NCBI GenBank assembly: GCA_044892505.1
Contig: CM097882.1
Coordinates: forward strand, 454,522,001 to 454,586,000
Length of the DNA stretch: 64,000 nucleotides
Reading direction: 5' to 3'
DNA from: Schmidtea nova
Lineage: Eukaryota
How positions within the stretch are numbered: position 1 is the stretch's first letter; each line of letters begins with the position of its first letter. Below the pieces are notes generated by a model. The model was not told where the DNA came from, did no database searches, and saw nothing but the letters and a program-made list of their open reading frames with translations. Positions 61,961-64,000 of this stretch are shown in pieces. A program made the translations under genes and the position numbers.

Positions 61961-63237
61961 AACCAGATTAATTATACTAGGGTTTATATTAGTAAATTAC
62001 AGAAAATATTAAAAAGGCTGATTTTCGGTAAAAATTCGGTAAAAAAGCAACCGATTAAATTTAATTGTGATTGTAAATATAGCTTTGGTTTAGTGCTAAT
62101 GTTTACGAAGTGTCACAATAAGCTCTGCAATTGTAGAAGAGGATGTTGGATTGTACATTTGTTGCTCAATAATCTAAAAGTTCTAATAACAATAAATCAT
62201 TGCGGTATATTATACAAATAAAGATAAATTAAAAAGGCTAAAAATATTTTACTTATCCAATTTAAATAGATTTGGCATATCTGCTAAGGCTTCCTGCTCA
62301 GAATTTTTAATGAAGCTTTGTATTAATTATTTGGAAATTTGACTTTTTGATATTGTCGATTTGTGGTAAAGAGAATTTGTAAATTTTAACTAAAAAATGA
62401 AGATTTCCATTTAGCTTTCGGCTAAAATGATGTCGTTAATTGTGATTTCTCTGAGAGAATATGCGGTCGTTGATATTGCATGCAAATTTTGATAATTAAT
62501 TGTTTGAATAATCATTTAGCCCATGAAAGATATAATTTAAAATTTAATCTAGCATTGCTTTCAAGTTCAAATTTTAATCGTAAAAATTATTTCATATGCC
62601 TTCAAATTTTCTTTTATAATTTAAAAATTTTTTTTAATAATTTAAGTTTAAATTCCTGCAGCATTATTATAATAAATGTTCAACAACTAAAACAACAGAT
62701 TTACTATGGAAGGTTATGATTTACTACAATCATAAAATTATTTAAATTTAAATTAATTAAAAAATTATATTATATTATGTACAAAATACATTGAAAAAAA
62801 TGTTTTAATTTATTAGTCACACTTTATTTTCTTGGTTTCATAATATGAAATTCATATTTGGCTTTTAATAATGGATGGTCAAAGTCAAGATTATATTCAA
62901 AATGCTAATACAACATTTCAGCCAGTCACAAGATAACAAAATCAGCTACCTTAACATGGAAATTAATTTTAATAAAAATTAATTTTAATAGAAATTAATT
63001 TTAATAAATTAATTTTAATAAATTTAAATTTAATAAAGAGTACATAGAAAAATTAAAAATTTCATATTAGGCTTATCCGAATGTAAATTTCGTAGAGAAG
63101 CTATTGGGTTCAATCGGGAAAACATTAAAAACAGCCCAAGAGACAGCTAACCCAAAAAATATTTTAATGCATCTTTTTTATAATAATAATTTTAATTATA
63201 TTAATTTAAATAATAATTAATAATAATAATTAATTTT

Positions 63238-63433
63238 TATTATCAATAATTCTCATAATGACTATAGATCAAAATTTTTTTTTTATAAACAATAACACAA
63301 TATTTCGGCACAGCCTTTATCAAGTGTGTATATATATAAATACACACTTGATAAAGGCTGTGCCGAAATATTGTGTTATTGTTTATAAAAAAAAAATTTT
63401 GATCTATAGTCATTATGAGAATTATTGATAATA
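63238..63433. repeat. Perfect 94-bp-arm palindrome with an 8-nt spacer
   Basis: 63238-63331 is the reverse complement of 63340-63433, including equal-length T10/A10 tracts. Confidence 0.95.
63338..63382 (+). ncRNA. Candidate variant minimal hammerhead motif, mirrored on the minus strand at about 63289-63333
   Basis: AATA-C-ACAC-TTGATAA-A-GGC(TGT)GCC-GAAA-TA-TT-GTGT-TATT: U3/A8 replaces C3/G8, stems I and II pair, stem III reduced to palindromic AUAU. Confidence 0.4.
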
Positions 63434-64000
63434 ATAATAAAAAAAGATCAAAGGTGAAAAAAGATAATTATGATAATAATTAATTTAATAATAATTAGAA
63501 TTAAAAACATTCTGTAACCCTTTTAACCTTCAAATGGCGAAAGCTCATATAATATTAACGTGTTCAAGGATATTGACACTTTTGTGAACGTTTAGTTTAT
63601 TAAAATTAAAAATAATTTTAATGAAAAGAAATATAAATATTGTAAGCAACTATTTTGGCCAGAATGCATGAATTTAAAACTTTATTTTATAAATAAAATA
63701 TATATTTTAAAATTTACACAAAAAGTTTCTTTAATTATTTTTCGAATATATTTAAATCCTTATCTGAAAAACTTTTAATCTTATTTTATTAAATATAAAA
63801 TTCTTTTTGATACAACCAATTTGAAAAGTGAATTAGAAGCCTGCATTCTGGTTCACAAAAAAAGTCGAAATGATATAAAAAAATAAAAATTCTATTTTCA
63901 TGATTAAATTACTCCTGGGAACTGATTGAAATTTTCTTTTGATTTTCTCAATTTTGTTTGCTTTGGGAATTTAATTATTTTAATTTAAAAAAAATTAAGC

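Overview
Very AT-rich, transposon-saturated eukaryotic draft-assembly DNA with eight N-gaps (about 684-1050, 25626-25767, 26160-26491, 36268-36584, 37690-37847, 38038-38180, 43111-43312, 44261-44403). A 47-nt GT-AG intron indicates a compact-intron eukaryote; the taxon cannot be fixed from sequence. No rRNA, tRNA or CRISPR array is recognisable, and most short ORFs in the track are antisense shadows or gap read-throughs. Main contents: (1) a 10.7-kb foldback element (25978-36723) with AGTAGAGTAG termini, a 6-bp TSD (CAGAGG) and 3-4 kb inverted arms built from tandem arrays. It has Polinton/Maverick-like ends but no polB or integrase, and carries a small spliced gene, a 128-bp minisatellite and a Penelope-like fragment with a hammerhead-like motif. 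A second terminus of the family ends at 1276, and a decayed Polinton polB-like remnant lies at about 23950-25450. (2) One structurally complete Ty3/Gypsy element with 109-bp LTRs (18612-23119) and two LTR-less Gypsy remnants joined tail-to-tail (9226-17158). (3) Twelve solo-LTR-like copies (TG...CA, mostly with 4-bp TSDs), often nested in each other. (4) Nested DNA transposons: several hAT derivatives, two mariners, one piggyBac and several MITEs. (5) Long palindromes carrying a variant hammerhead-like core. (6) A few orphan ORFs. All boundaries, TSDs and translations were read by eye; no database search was run.
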